DNA from: an uncultured Syntrophomonadaceae bacterium
GTDB taxonomy: Bacteria > Bacillota > Dethiobacteria > DTU022
Direction: 5' to 3'
Length of the DNA stretch: 64,000 bases
Assembly: GCA_964389365.1 (NCBI GenBank)
Contig: CAYMDO010000002.1
Span: 19,268 to 83,267, forward strand
Shown here piece after piece: positions 19,671-29,960 of this stretch. The position numbers and the translations under genes are program-made. The notes below the pieces were generated by a model. That model made no database searches. It was given only the letters and a program-made list of their open reading frames with translations, and was not told the origin of the DNA. How positions within the stretch are numbered: position 1 is the stretch's first letter; each line of letters begins with the position of its first letter.

Positions 19671-21014
19671 GTGAATATGGATGACTACGGAAATACGCCT
19701 AAAGGAGAAAAGCAGACTATACCGTGGATGAAAGGGACCTACAGCGGGCAGTTACGGCAGGGTATACCCTCGGGCATCGGCCGCCTGCAGCTGCCCGACG
19801 GAGCCGGTTATGCAGGAGAGTGGCTTAACGGAAAGCCTCACGGCGAAGGCACAATATACTATGCGAGCGGTGCCTCCTACCAGGGTGAATTTTGGAATGG
19901 CAGGCAGCATGGTTACGGCACCTATACCAACCCTGGCGGGTCGATGACCAGGGGTTTCTGGGAAGAAGGCCGGTTTGTCAGGGCCAAAGACCTTTACAAG
20001 CCAGCCCCACAGGTTACTAAATCTGCAGGGGTGCATGGCCGCTCGGCGTCCGCGGAGGCGGATCGCTTTATTGATACCGGCTTTCAAGGCCGGGACGCAG
20101 AAAGGAACAGACGGTTTTCCGAAGCCTTCGACCGGGCCGGAACAGGCATGACAAGAGGGCTGCCGGCGATTGCTGTCAGTGGTTTAAGCCACTGGTACGG
20201 GAAGTTGGAGGCTGTAAAGAATATCAGTTTCGAGGTTTTCCCGGGCACAATTCTTGGCTTTCTTGGGCCGAACGGTGCCGGTAAATCTACTACTATCAAA
20301 GTTCTTACCGGGCAGCTGCCCCTTATGGGCGGCGCGGCACAGATCCTCGGACGGCCAGTAGGGCGTGATGACCCTCATATCCAATCGCAGATTGGAGTTT
20401 CTTTTGAAGAGAAAAATCTCTACCTGGAGATGACGGCGCTTGAGAACCTGGATTTCTTTGCTTCCCTTTTCGGCATTAGAAATCCCGGATCCCTTCAGGC
20501 CCTGCAGCGGGTCGGACTGGCCGACCGGGCCAGGGACCGCGTTGCCAACTACTCCAAGGGTATGCGGCAGCGCCTGATGATTGCCCGGGCTTTTATAAAC
20601 AAGCCGACAGTGCTTTTCCTTGACGAACCGACCGACGGGCTTGACCCGGTTACCGCTACCGCGATCCGCAAAACAATTAAGGAAGAAGCCGATCGGGGGG
20701 CGGCTGTGCTGCTGACCACCCATAATATGTTTGAAGCCGATGAACTTTCCGACAGGGTTGCGTTTATCAATGAGGGTCAGATTGTGGCCCTCGATACGGC
20801 GGAAAATCTGAAGATAAAATACGGCAAGAGAGCGGTAAGGGTGAGGCTGCGCGACGGCAGCGGGGTTCGCGAAGAAGAGCTGCCCCTGGACGGGGAACAA
20901 TCATCCTCCCGCCTCAGCAAGCTGGCTGCCTCGCCTGACCTGTTGACCATTCACACTGAAGAAGCGACCCTGGAAGCGATCTTCATCCACCTGACCGGCA
21001 GGGGGCTGGTATGA
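19671..21014 (+). CDS. ABC transporter ATP-binding protein with N-terminal MORN-repeat domain (paralog of 9242..10489)
   Basis: N-terminal repeats YAGEWLNGKPHGEG / YQGEFWNGRQHGYG; then GPNGAGKST, signature YSKGMRQRL and Walker B LFLDEPTDGLD. Confidence 0.8.
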   Translation: MNMDDYGNTPKGEKQTIPWMKGTYSGQLRQGIPSGIGRLQLPDGAGYAGEWLNGKPHGEGTIYYASGASYQGEFWNGRQHGYGTYTNPGGSMTRGFWEEGRFVRAKDLYKPAPQVTKSAGVHGRSASAEADRFIDTGFQGRDAERNRRFSEAFDRAGTGMTRGLPAIAVSGLSHWYGKLEAVKNISFEVFPGTILGFLGPNGAGKSTTIKVLTGQLPLMGGAAQILGRPVGRDDPHIQSQIGVSFEEKNLYLEMTALENLDFFASLFGIRNPGSLQALQRVGLADRARDRVANYSKGMRQRLMIARAFINKPTVLFLDEPTDGLDPVTATAIRKTIKEEADRGAAVLLTTHNMFEADELSDRVAFINEGQIVALDTAENLKIKYGKRAVRVRLRDGSGVREEELPLDGEQSSSRLSKLAASPDLLTIHTEEATLEAIFIHLTGRGLV

Positions 21015-22258
21015 TGGATAAGACAGTTACTGCCGGCAATCTGCTGGGTGCGGTTCTTAAAAAAGATGCCCGTGTCTACAGCCGGAATGCTATTTATCTT
21101 TTTCTAACTATCTTGAGCATAGTTTTTTTCGTGATCATTTTTTGGATTGTGCCCGATACTGTTGATGAAGATTTGCCCTTTGCCATCACACCCCCGCTTT
21201 CCGTGATCTTCGGGGAAAGCAAAGATGCGTTGTTAGCCGCCGGTATTCCGCTTGAGAATGCTGACAGGTTGGCGGAGCTTGAATCCGGCTTTAAAGAGGA
21301 AGGCCTTCAGATTATCGAGTTTGCCAGCGAAGATGAGCTTAAAAAAGCAATTTCCGGTGAAATGCTTGTATATAAAACCGCAGAAGGCAGCTATATTAAC
21401 ATTGATCCTGAAGGCAATCAAAGGAGGCCGAAAGGGGCCGACAGAGTTAAAATAGGGGTGGGTATTTCATTTACACCGGCCTTTTTCAGCGAGGTAATAA
21501 TGCAGCGAAAGCCACGGGTAACCGTATTTGCAGATGCAGCGGTTACCGATGAATTACGGGGGGTCATGCAGGGTTTTGTGCGCGAAATGGCATTTATGAT
21601 GGCCGGAAAAGAGCTGCCGGTAGAGCTGCCCCCCGATGATACCATTATCCTGGGGCGCGACCGGGTGGGTGAACAGATTTCGGTGCGGGCCAGGATGCGG
21701 CCGCTGATCGCGTTCTTTATTATGATGATGGAAACTTTTGCCCTTGCCTCGCTGATTTCCAATGAAGTGCTGCAGCGCACTGTTACGGCTTTGCTGGTTA
21801 CTCCGCTCAGGGTAAGTCATTTCCTGCTGGCCAAAACTATTTTCGGCACGATCCTGGCCATGGGGCAGGCTTTGATAGTTTTAGCCCTGGTCGGCGCTTT
21901 CACAGTTTCCAACTGGTTGCTGCTGCTGCTGATTGTTTTTATGGGCGCGCTATTATTTACCGCGGTGGCTATGCTGGTCGGCTCTGCCGGAAAAGATTTT
22001 ATCGGGCAGTTAATGTTCAGCATGCTTTTCCTGATTCCAATGATGATACCAGCTTTTGCCGTTCTTTTCCCCGGCTCTGTTGCAACCTGGGTCAGGGTCC
22101 TGCCCAGTTACCCGATCGTTCAGCTGCTTCATGATGTAACGGTTTATGAAGCCCTCTGGGCCGATTCAGTCGCACTGCTGGGCTATGCCGCTCTCTGGGT
22201 GCTGGCAATATTTGCAGCGGGCTTGATCGTTTTAAAGAGGAAGGTGGCAACGTTATGA
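21011..22258 (+). CDS. ABC-2 family transporter permease
   Basis: 415 aa with an N-terminal TM helix, a large extracytoplasmic loop and C-terminal TM helices. 4-nt overlap with the ATPase gene. Confidence 0.65.
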   Translation: MMDKTVTAGNLLGAVLKKDARVYSRNAIYLFLTILSIVFFVIIFWIVPDTVDEDLPFAITPPLSVIFGESKDALLAAGIPLENADRLAELESGFKEEGLQIIEFASEDELKKAISGEMLVYKTAEGSYINIDPEGNQRRPKGADRVKIGVGISFTPAFFSEVIMQRKPRVTVFADAAVTDELRGVMQGFVREMAFMMAGKELPVELPPDDTIILGRDRVGEQISVRARMRPLIAFFIMMMETFALASLISNEVLQRTVTALLVTPLRVSHFLLAKTIFGTILAMGQALIVLALVGAFTVSNWLLLLLIVFMGALLFTAVAMLVGSAGKDFIGQLMFSMLFLIPMMIPAFAVLFPGSVATWVRVLPSYPIVQLLHDVTVYEALWADSVALLGYAALWVLAIFAAGLIVLKRKVATL

Positions 22259-23304
22259 ACCTGAAACGAATATTTCACATTTTGGGCAAAGATTTCTCTG
22301 TCGGGCCGCGTAAGCCATTTTTTATCTGGGCCCTGGTAATGCCTTTTGCATTGACACTGCTTTTTCAATTTGCATTCGGTTCGCTCTTTGAGCCGAAGCC
22401 GCGCTTAGGCCTGGTTGACCTGGGCAACTCGGTCTTGATCACGCAAGCCGAGGCGCTCGAAGGCTTTGAAGTTGTCATCTTTACCGATCCGGAAGAGCTT
22501 CTCGAGCAGGTCGAAAATCATGATTTTGATGCCGGCCTGATTCTTCCTGACGGTTTTGACGAGGCTGTAAAAAAAGGCGAAAAACCGCTGCTCCAATTTT
22601 ACATAAGCGGCGAAAGCCTTGCTTCGAACCGGATCATCATTGCCGTGACTGCCGTGGATATGGTGCGCGGGCTTGAAGGCGCTGAGCCGCCGGTTGAGGT
22701 GAACACAGTTTACCTGGGAGAACCGGGTCTGCCTATTTCCATCCGGCTAGTCCCTCTAATTGTCTTCTATGCCCTGGTGATGGCCGGCATCTGGGTGCCC
22801 AGCGCCAGCATGGTCGAAGAGAAGGAAAACGGCACTCTGACAGCAATGATTGTTACCGCAGCGAAAGCCAGCGAAATACTGGTTGCCAAGTGGCTGCTTG
22901 GGTTTCTTTTTGCCTTTTTCCTGGCAGTCGCCACACTGCTGCTGAACAGTGCCTTCGGTCAGCGGCCGCTTGAGGTTATAGCCGTGATTGCTCTTGCTGC
23001 CGCCCTCACTGCCGAGATCGGCCTGATTATCGGCATAGTCTCCAAAACGGCAACGATGCTGTTTACCCTGATCAAAAGCCTGGGGATCTTTCTATTTGTT
23101 CCGGTTATTTTTTATATTTTTCCTGACTGGCCGCAGTGGATCGCAAAATTTTTCCCGCTCTATTGGATTATAAAACCAATCTGGGAAGTATCGATTATGG
23201 GGCAGCAGCTAAGCACTGTCTGGTTTGAAATGCTGATTGCCCTGGCTATAACTATCAGCCTTGTTCCGGTAGTCGTGCTGCTGAAAAAGAAACTCTTTGC
23301 CTGA
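22255..23304 (+). CDS. ABC-2 family transporter permease (second subunit)
   Basis: 349 aa with the same topology. 4-nt overlap with the preceding gene. Confidence 0.65.
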   Translation: MNLKRIFHILGKDFSVGPRKPFFIWALVMPFALTLLFQFAFGSLFEPKPRLGLVDLGNSVLITQAEALEGFEVVIFTDPEELLEQVENHDFDAGLILPDGFDEAVKKGEKPLLQFYISGESLASNRIIIAVTAVDMVRGLEGAEPPVEVNTVYLGEPGLPISIRLVPLIVFYALVMAGIWVPSASMVEEKENGTLTAMIVTAAKASEILVAKWLLGFLFAFFLAVATLLLNSAFGQRPLEVIAVIALAAALTAEIGLIIGIVSKTATMLFTLIKSLGIFLFVPVIFYIFPDWPQWIAKFFPLYWIIKPIWEVSIMGQQLSTVWFEMLIALAITISLVPVVVLLKKKLFA

Positions 23305-23356
23305 GAAAAATATTGGTTGCTGTAAAATAATTAACGGCCCGGTGAAGATATTCGAA

Positions 23357-23391
23357 CCACCGCTAGTCCATCCGATCGGTGGTTTTTTCTG
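23357..23391 (+). terminator. rho-independent terminator after the ABC operon
   Basis: ACCACCGctagtccatccgatCGGTGGTTTTTTCTG. Confidence 0.6.
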
Positions 23392-23497
23392 TTGCGTGGT
23401 GTGAAATTGCTTTGCTGCATGCCTTTTGGAAATCTGTTCAAACTGCTTTGATTAATGTTATAATATGCACTGTTTCATTATATTTGCGAGGTGAATC

Positions 23498-24190
23498 ATG
23501 CTCGGTAACTATGTCAATGCTCTGGCGATCATCGTTGGGGGCTTGTTGGGTTTACTATTCCATAAAGGCTTGAAAGAAAAATATAAAACGATCGTGATGC
23601 AGGCTATCGGCCTCTCCGTGATCTTTATAGGCGCCGCCACCGCTCTTGGCGGGCTGCTGAACCCTGAAAGCGAGCCGATTCTTTTTATAATCAGCTTAGC
23701 TGTCGGAGGGATTATCGGTGAAGTAATCGGGGTGGAAAGAGGCCTTGAACATCTGGGGATGTTTTTGCAGAAAAGTTTTGCTGCCACCGAAAGCAACGTT
23801 GCCCGCGGTTTTGTTACGGCCAGCTTAATCTTTTGTGTCGGGACAATGGCGATAATCGGCTCGCTGGACAGCGGGCTGCGCGGTAATCACGATATGCTCT
23901 ATGCCAAGTCTGTCCTTGATGGTATCACTTCAATGATCCTCGCTTCATCGCTCGGGTTTGGTGTGATCTTTTCAGCTGTTGCCGTTTTTCTTTACCAGGG
24001 AGCGATAGTGCTCTTTGCCAATCTAGTAGAGCCGTACCTGACAACCGCTGTCATTCGTGAAATCTCAATCATTGGCGGTATCCTTATTTTTGGTATCGGC
24101 CTGAACCTGTTGGAAATAATTAAAGTGAGGACAGCCAATTTGCTGCCGTCTATCCTAATCCCGGTCCTGTATTACCTTATTACCGGTTAA
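23498..24190 (+). CDS. DUF554-family integral membrane protein
   Basis: 230 aa, glycine-rich polytopic. N-terminus MLGNYVNALAIIVGGLLG is typical of DUF554 (recall). Confidence 0.45.
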   Translation: MLGNYVNALAIIVGGLLGLLFHKGLKEKYKTIVMQAIGLSVIFIGAATALGGLLNPESEPILFIISLAVGGIIGEVIGVERGLEHLGMFLQKSFAATESNVARGFVTASLIFCVGTMAIIGSLDSGLRGNHDMLYAKSVLDGITSMILASSLGFGVIFSAVAVFLYQGAIVLFANLVEPYLTTAVIREISIIGGILIFGIGLNLLEIIKVRTANLLPSILIPVLYYLITG

Positions 24191-24385
24191 AAGCAAGATT
24201 ACTGTTTTTCCGGCAAACACCTGTAACAAATAAACCCGGTATTTCTCCGTCCTGATAGGAATATAAATCCAGCCTGCGCAGACAAAGGTCTCTTTTTATC
24301 ATTTTTTTCAGAAGAGGTAGGAAGATGCCACTAATATGCCGAAAATATGATCAATTCAATAAAGTGTTCAAGGAGGAATTATCTG

Positions 24386-25525
24386 ATGATTTCTTTTCAG
24401 CTGACAGAAGAGCAGGAACAGATGCAAAAATGTGCCAGGGATTTTACCGCGGCGGAGATCATACCGGTTGCCGCCGAATACGATGAAAAAGAAGAAATCC
24501 CCTGGCAGGTTGTAGAAAAAGCTTATGAAGCCGGGCTGATGAATATGGCCATACCGGCCGAACTTGGCGGGCAGGGTATTGACCCTTTGACCGCGGCGAT
24601 CATCACCGAAGAAATAGCATACGGGTGCCTCGGGGTTAACGGTACTTTCGGGGCCAACGAACTGGCGGTTCAGCCAATCCTGATCGCCGGGACAGAAGAG
24701 CAGAAACAGAAGTACCTGCCTGATTTTTGTGCCAAACCCCGGCTGGCAGCTTTCGGCCTGACCGAACCTGAAGCTGGCTCTGATGTGTCCAACGTGCAGA
24801 CAAAAGCTGTGCGCGATGGCGATTACTATATCTTAAACGGCAGCAAGTGCTTCATTACCAACGGCGGTTCGGCCGCCCTCTATACTATTTTTGCCACCAT
24901 CGATAAGGGCCTGGGGCACAAGGGCCTTTGCGCCTTTATCGTTCCGGGGGATACCCCGGGTATCAGGGGAGGTAAAAAAGAACTGAAGATGGGGGACCGC
25001 TGCTCCGAGGTGGCCGAAGTAATTATCGAAGATGTCAGGGTGCCTGCAGCCAACCTGCTTGGCAAAGAAGGCGACGGCTTTAAAATCGCCATGGAAACTT
25101 TGGACGTTACCCGACCGGGAATCGGGGCGGCAGCCGTCGGCGTTGCCCGCAGGGCATTTGACGAGGCCCGGAAGTATTCCCTGCAGCGAATCCAGTTTGG
25201 CAAGCCTATTGCTGCCAACCAGGCGATCCAGTTTATGTTTGCCGAGATGGCCACCAAGATCGATGCTGCCCGGCTGCTGGTCTGGCGGGCTGCCCAGTAC
25301 CTGGCAATTGATCGGCGCGCTTCCAAGGAAGGTTCGATGGCCAAGTTTTATGCCGCCGACATTGCCATGGAAGCCACTGTTGATGCCCTCCAGATCATGG
25401 GCGGTTCCGGCTACATGCGCGATTACCCGGTCGAAAAACTGATGCGTGATGCCAAAATCCTGCAGATTTATGAAGGCACAAACCAGGTTCAGCTGATGGT
25501 CATTGCCCGGGAAATACTGAAATAA
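24386..25525 (+). CDS. acyl-CoA dehydrogenase
   Basis: AGGAGG RBS then ATG at 24386. The ACAD fold is seen throughout, with a C-terminal catalytic region YEGTNQVQ. Confidence 0.85.
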   Translation: MISFQLTEEQEQMQKCARDFTAAEIIPVAAEYDEKEEIPWQVVEKAYEAGLMNMAIPAELGGQGIDPLTAAIITEEIAYGCLGVNGTFGANELAVQPILIAGTEEQKQKYLPDFCAKPRLAAFGLTEPEAGSDVSNVQTKAVRDGDYYILNGSKCFITNGGSAALYTIFATIDKGLGHKGLCAFIVPGDTPGIRGGKKELKMGDRCSEVAEVIIEDVRVPAANLLGKEGDGFKIAMETLDVTRPGIGAAAVGVARRAFDEARKYSLQRIQFGKPIAANQAIQFMFAEMATKIDAARLLVWRAAQYLAIDRRASKEGSMAKFYAADIAMEATVDALQIMGGSGYMRDYPVEKLMRDAKILQIYEGTNQVQLMVIAREILK

Positions 25526-25638
25526 AAGAAGCGGCAATAATGCTGTTAACGGTTTATTCATGCTGCCGCACTTGACCGGGCGGCTGAAAGATAATTTTTA
25601 GCACCGCTATCCTATGTTTTTTAAAAGGGGTTGGCAAT

Positions 25639-26721
25639 TTGGACATTTACGAAAACTTAAGGCAGGTGCTCGATGCACACCCGTCCACCGCGCCGCAGGC
25701 TGATTCAATTCATGAAATCCTGAAGATCCTTTTCACGCCGGAAGAGGCTGCCATTGCGGCAACCATGAGTTTTAAGGTAAAGCCGGTGCCCGCGATTGCC
25801 GTAAAAGCGGGCTTCGATGAGGAAACTGCCGTAAAGTACCTTGAAGCGATGGCCGATAAGGGTATTATTATGTCGCGCCAAAAAGATGGCGAAAAGCTCT
25901 ACGGCCTGTTACCCTTAATCCCTGGGGTTTTCGAGTTTCCATACATGAAAAGCAGCCTGGCCCCGCTGCATCAGAAGCTGGGCAAGCTCTGGGAAGATTA
26001 TCATCATGAGGCGCTTGGCGTTTCATTTGCCGGCAATCCGACCCCGCTGATGCGTGTTGTCGCGATAGACAAGGCGATTCCCTCCCGCGATCGGGTTCAC
26101 CCCTTTGAAGAGGTGGTGCGTTTTATCGAGGAAGCGTCTTTTGTGGCGCTGGCTGACTGTGCCTGCCGGGTTAGTGTGAATGTCTGCAGCAAGCCTAAAG
26201 ATGTCTGCCTCATCTTCGGTCACGCTGCAGAGTTTCTGGCAGAGCGCGGTTTTGCCCGCCAAATAAGCAGGGAGGAAGGGTTAGAGGTGCTCAACAGGGC
26301 TGAAGCAGCAGGCCTGGTACATACCAGCAATAACAGTGCCGACCGGGCAAACCTGATCTGCAACTGCTGCCCTTGCTGCTGCACTGTGCTGCGCGGCAAA
26401 ACGCAGCTCAACCATCAACATGCTTTTGAGCCAAGCCGCTATGAGGCTAAAGTGATTGCCGATGCTTGCAGCGGCTGTGCGGTTTGCGCCGAAGAACGCT
26501 GCCCGGTGGGAGCAATAACCATGGTCGGCGATCTTGCCCTGGTTGATGCCGGGGAGTGCATCGGTTGCGGCCTTTGTGTCAGCAGCTGCCCGACCGGGGC
26601 GATGGCCCTGGCTGACAGGGCAGCGGTTCCGGAAATCCCGGCCACCGTTTCGGAGATGGGCATGAGAGTATTGCAGGAAAAAGGAAGGCTTGAAGCGTTT
26701 TTAAAAAACATGAACGGGTAG
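25639..26721 (+). CDS. iron-sulfur protein with Cys-rich N-terminal domain and C-terminal 2x[4Fe-4S] ferredoxin domain
   Basis: CSGCAVCAEERCP and CIGCGLCVSSCP ferredoxin motifs. Additional CACRVSVNVC and CNCCPCCC clusters are also present. Confidence 0.6.
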   Translation: MDIYENLRQVLDAHPSTAPQADSIHEILKILFTPEEAAIAATMSFKVKPVPAIAVKAGFDEETAVKYLEAMADKGIIMSRQKDGEKLYGLLPLIPGVFEFPYMKSSLAPLHQKLGKLWEDYHHEALGVSFAGNPTPLMRVVAIDKAIPSRDRVHPFEEVVRFIEEASFVALADCACRVSVNVCSKPKDVCLIFGHAAEFLAERGFARQISREEGLEVLNRAEAAGLVHTSNNSADRANLICNCCPCCCTVLRGKTQLNHQHAFEPSRYEAKVIADACSGCAVCAEERCPVGAITMVGDLALVDAGECIGCGLCVSSCPTGAMALADRAAVPEIPATVSEMGMRVLQEKGRLEAFLKNMNG

Positions 26722-26728
26722 TAATCAA

Positions 26729-27823
26729 TTATCGCTTCGGCTGTTGCTGGGTAATACAGTGAATGTTACCCCCGCCGAGCAGGATCTCCCTGGCGTAGAT
26801 GCCGATCACTTCGCGATCGGGAAACAGTTCTTGCAGTTTGACAAGAGCCGGGCGGTCGGCGGGGTCTCCAAAAACAGGGGCGATAACTGCGCCGTTGGCA
26901 ATATAAAAGTTAACATAGGAGGCGGCCATCCGGTCGCCTTCTTTTCTGGGAATAGACCCGTCCACTATATCTACGCCACCGCTTTCTTCAGCGCTGATCA
27001 TAACCGGGGAGGGAAGCTGCAGCTTATGTATTTCGAGTTTACGCCCCTTGGCATCAGTAGAGCTGTTCAGGACCGCATAGGCTTCATGTGAAATCCCGTA
27101 TTGCGGGTCATTTATGTCATCTGTCCAGGCCAGCAGGACCATGCCCGGCCGGACGAAACAGCAGATATTATCAATGTGGCCGTTAGTCTCATCATTAAAG
27201 ATACCCCGGGGCAGCCAGACCACCTTTTGTACATTCAGGTAGCCGCCCAGGTAAGCTTCAATCTCGTGCCTGGTGAGCTGCGGGTTGCGGTTGGGGTTAA
27301 GAAGGCATTCTTCGGTTGTCAGCAAAGTGCCTTCTCCATCAACGTGAATGGAGCCGCCTTCCATCACCAGCGGAGCCTTGTAAAGATCAACCCCGGCAAT
27401 TTCAGCTACTTTACGGGCAACCAGATCATCCTGGTCCCAGGGGAAGTAGAGGCCGCCGTTCAGACCGCCCCAGGCGTTGAAGTCCCAGTCTATTGCCCTG
27501 AGACGGCCCCTGCCGTCAATTACAAAAGTCGGCCCTGTGTCCCGCATCCACGAATCGTTAGCGGACATTTCAATAACCCTGACCCGGCCAGGAAGCTTCT
27601 CCCGGGCATTGACGAACTGCCCGGCTGAAACGCACATAGTTACCGGTTCAAAGCGACTGATCGCTTCTGCCACGTTAACAAAGGCCTTTTCAGCAGGCTT
27701 TGCCCCCAAACGCCAATTGTCTGTGCGCTCGGGCCAGATCATCCAGCATCCTTCGTGGGGTTCGAATTCGCCTGGCATCTGAAAACCATCCGCTGCGGGG
27801 GTATGTTTTATTGTCCCGGTCAT
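26729..27823 (-). CDS. aguA: agmatine deiminase
   Basis: 364 aa; N-terminus [14 protein letters not shown] and C-terminal catalytic [12 protein letters not shown]. Confidence 0.8.
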   Translation of the reverse strand: MTGTIKHTPAADGFQMPGEFEPHEGCWMIWPERTDNWRLGAKPAEKAFVNVAEAISRFEPVTMCVSAGQFVNAREKLPGRVRVIEMSANDSWMRDTGPTFVIDGRGRLRAIDWDFNAWGGLNGGLYFPWDQDDLVARKVAEIAGVDLYKAPLVMEGGSIHVDGEGTLLTTEECLLNPNRNPQLTRHEIEAYLGGYLNVQKVVWLPRGIFNDETNGHIDNICCFVRPGMVLLAWTDDINDPQYGISHEAYAVLNSSTDAKGRKLEIHKLQLPSPVMISAEESGGVDIVDGSIPRKEGDRMAASYVNFYIANGAVIAPVFGDPADRPALVKLQELFPDREVIGIYAREILLGGGNIHCITQQQPKR

Positions 27824-27971
27824 CCTGTCCCTCCCTAAAGTTCCTATTTTCAGCCTGATCGTAATCTATAGCATACCCCGCGTCAATTACCGCAAATCCA
27901 TGATTTAATTGACCGCCCTTACTGCGCTGTGTTATCATTGCTCAAATAATTGTTCCAAACGGAGAAAACTG

Positions 27972-28820
27972 ATGCAAAACCTTAAATTGGCCAGTATTGG
28001 TAAAGATACTGTCAGGACAAAAATCAAGGTCGGCAAGGTCGTTATCGGCGAAGGTTTTGTAGTGGTCGGTGGCCCATGCAGCGTTGAAGGCGAAGAACAG
28101 ACCATCAGGACTGCTGAAGCGGTCAAAGCAGGCGGCGGCATGATGTTTCGGGGCGGCGCTTTTAAACCGCGCACCTCGCCTTATGATTTTCAGGGCCTCG
28201 GCCTGGAGGGCTTAAAGCTACTCGCCAGGGCGAGGGAGCTTACAGGCCTGCCGATCGTGACCGAGGTGATAGACCCCCGTGATGTATCATGGGTTGGTGA
28301 GTTCGCTGATATTCTGCAGATCGGCGCCCGCAACATGCAAAATTTTTCCCTGTTGAAAGAAGTCGGCCGATCCCCCAAACCGGTTTTATTAAAGAGGGGT
28401 ATGTATTCTACACTCAAAGAGTGGTTAAACTGCGCCGAATACATTTTAGCCGAAGGCAACCCAAATGTGGTGCTCTGTGAACGCGGCATCAGAACCTTTG
28501 AGACCTACACCCGCAACACCCTTGATTTAAGCATGATTCCGGCACTCAAGGAACTGACGCACCTGCCTGTGATGATTGACCCGTCGCACGGTACAGGCAA
28601 GCTGAGCCTGGTTGAAAAAATGAGCCTGGCAGCTGTAGCTGCCGGGGCTGACGGCCTGCTGGTTGAGGTGCATGTTAATCCCTGTGAAGCAAAAAGCGAT
28701 GCTGACCAGCAGCTAAACCCGGCACAGTTCAAAGAGCTGATGAAAAAAATACGCAAACTTGAACAATTTATGTCCGATCCGCTATTTAAAACTTCGATCG
28801 CAGGGGGCGACCAGCTATGA
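27972..28820 (+). CDS. aroF: 3-deoxy-7-phosphoheptulonate (DAHP) synthase, type I-beta
   Basis: GGAGA RBS then ATG at 27972. VVGGPCSVE and the KPRTSPY region identify the family. Confidence 0.85.
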   Translation: MQNLKLASIGKDTVRTKIKVGKVVIGEGFVVVGGPCSVEGEEQTIRTAEAVKAGGGMMFRGGAFKPRTSPYDFQGLGLEGLKLLARARELTGLPIVTEVIDPRDVSWVGEFADILQIGARNMQNFSLLKEVGRSPKPVLLKRGMYSTLKEWLNCAEYILAEGNPNVVLCERGIRTFETYTRNTLDLSMIPALKELTHLPVMIDPSHGTGKLSLVEKMSLAAVAAGADGLLVEVHVNPCEAKSDADQQLNPAQFKELMKKIRKLEQFMSDPLFKTSIAGGDQL

Positions 28821-29875
28821 AACTCGATGAAATCCGGCACAAAATAGATCTGATTGATACGAAGCTGCTAAAACTTTTAAACGATCGGATGGAGCATGGC
28901 CTTTTAGCGAAGCGTTTTAAAGAGAAGATCGAAGACCCCCGGCGTGAAGAAGAGATCATGGAGAAAGTCAGAAACAACCCGAATGCCCTGGTTGAAAAAG
29001 ATTTCAGCGAAGAGCTTTATAAGATAATCCTTGCCCAGAGTAAAAAATTACAGGGGCGGGACCTGACCATCACCGCCTTTCAGGGCGAACACGGGGCTTA
29101 CAGCGAAGAGGCGGTCAGGCTTTACAACCAGGATTATGTCACTCTGCCCTGCGCTACTTTCAATGAAGTTTTTGAAGGGGTCAACTCAGGGATGTATGAT
29201 TATGGCATTGTCCCCGTTGAAAACACCCTGGGCGGGATTGTGGGCCCGGTAAACGAACTTTTACTTAATACTGACCTGCAAATCACCGGCGCCATTGATA
29301 TGCCGGTTCACCACTGTCTGTTGATGGTGCCCGGGACCGATCACCGTGACATACGGGAGGTTTTTTCGCATTCCCAGGCCCTGGCCCAGTGCAGGCGTTT
29401 TTTATCCCGAAATAAATTAACCCCCGTGCCCTATTTTGATACGGCCGGAGCGGCGATGATGCTGGCTGAGAAACAGCCGCGCGGCGCGGCCTGCATTGCC
29501 GGCAAGCTGGCAGCCAAGCTTTACAACCTTGAAATCTTAAAAGAGAACATTGAAGACTTAAGCAAAAACCGCACCAGGTTTTTGCTGCTTTCGAAGGGTT
29601 CGCCGGCCGAAGGGGGTAGCAAATGCACGGTGACCTTTACGACAGAACATAAGGCGGGGACCCTTTTCGGGGTGCTCGAGCTTTTTGCCAGCGCCGGCAT
29701 TAACCTGACCAGGATTGAATCAATACCCAATGAGCCGGGTGATTATTCATTCCTTTTGGATTTTGACGGTTCGATCAAAGATTCCGGGGTGATTAAGACT
29801 CTCCGGCAGGCGGAAAAACAAACGGCAGGGTTTAAGCTTCTCGGCTGTTACAATGAAAAAGTTATAGAAGATTAG
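28817..29875 (+). CDS. pheA: bifunctional chorismate mutase / prephenate dehydratase
   Basis: N-terminal CM helix ([18 protein letters not shown]), PDT domain and C-terminal ACT domain. 4-nt overlap with aroF. Confidence 0.85.
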   Translation: MKLDEIRHKIDLIDTKLLKLLNDRMEHGLLAKRFKEKIEDPRREEEIMEKVRNNPNALVEKDFSEELYKIILAQSKKLQGRDLTITAFQGEHGAYSEEAVRLYNQDYVTLPCATFNEVFEGVNSGMYDYGIVPVENTLGGIVGPVNELLLNTDLQITGAIDMPVHHCLLMVPGTDHRDIREVFSHSQALAQCRRFLSRNKLTPVPYFDTAGAAMMLAEKQPRGAACIAGKLAAKLYNLEILKENIEDLSKNRTRFLLLSKGSPAEGGSKCTVTFTTEHKAGTLFGVLELFASAGINLTRIESIPNEPGDYSFLLDFDGSIKDSGVIKTLRQAEKQTAGFKLLGCYNEKVIED

Positions 29876-29960
29876 CTGTTTGTGAAATTATTATAATTAG
29901 CGGTAGGCAAAACAGTCAGTCAGGGGAATAATCCGGTTCAATAATCAGTTATTTATGCAT

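Noticed and set aside
24833-25561. Antisense ORFs (24833..25561, 24880..25344, 25032..25442) across the acyl-CoA dehydrogenase gene
   Set aside because: GC-rich shadow frames, low-complexity translations, no domain features.
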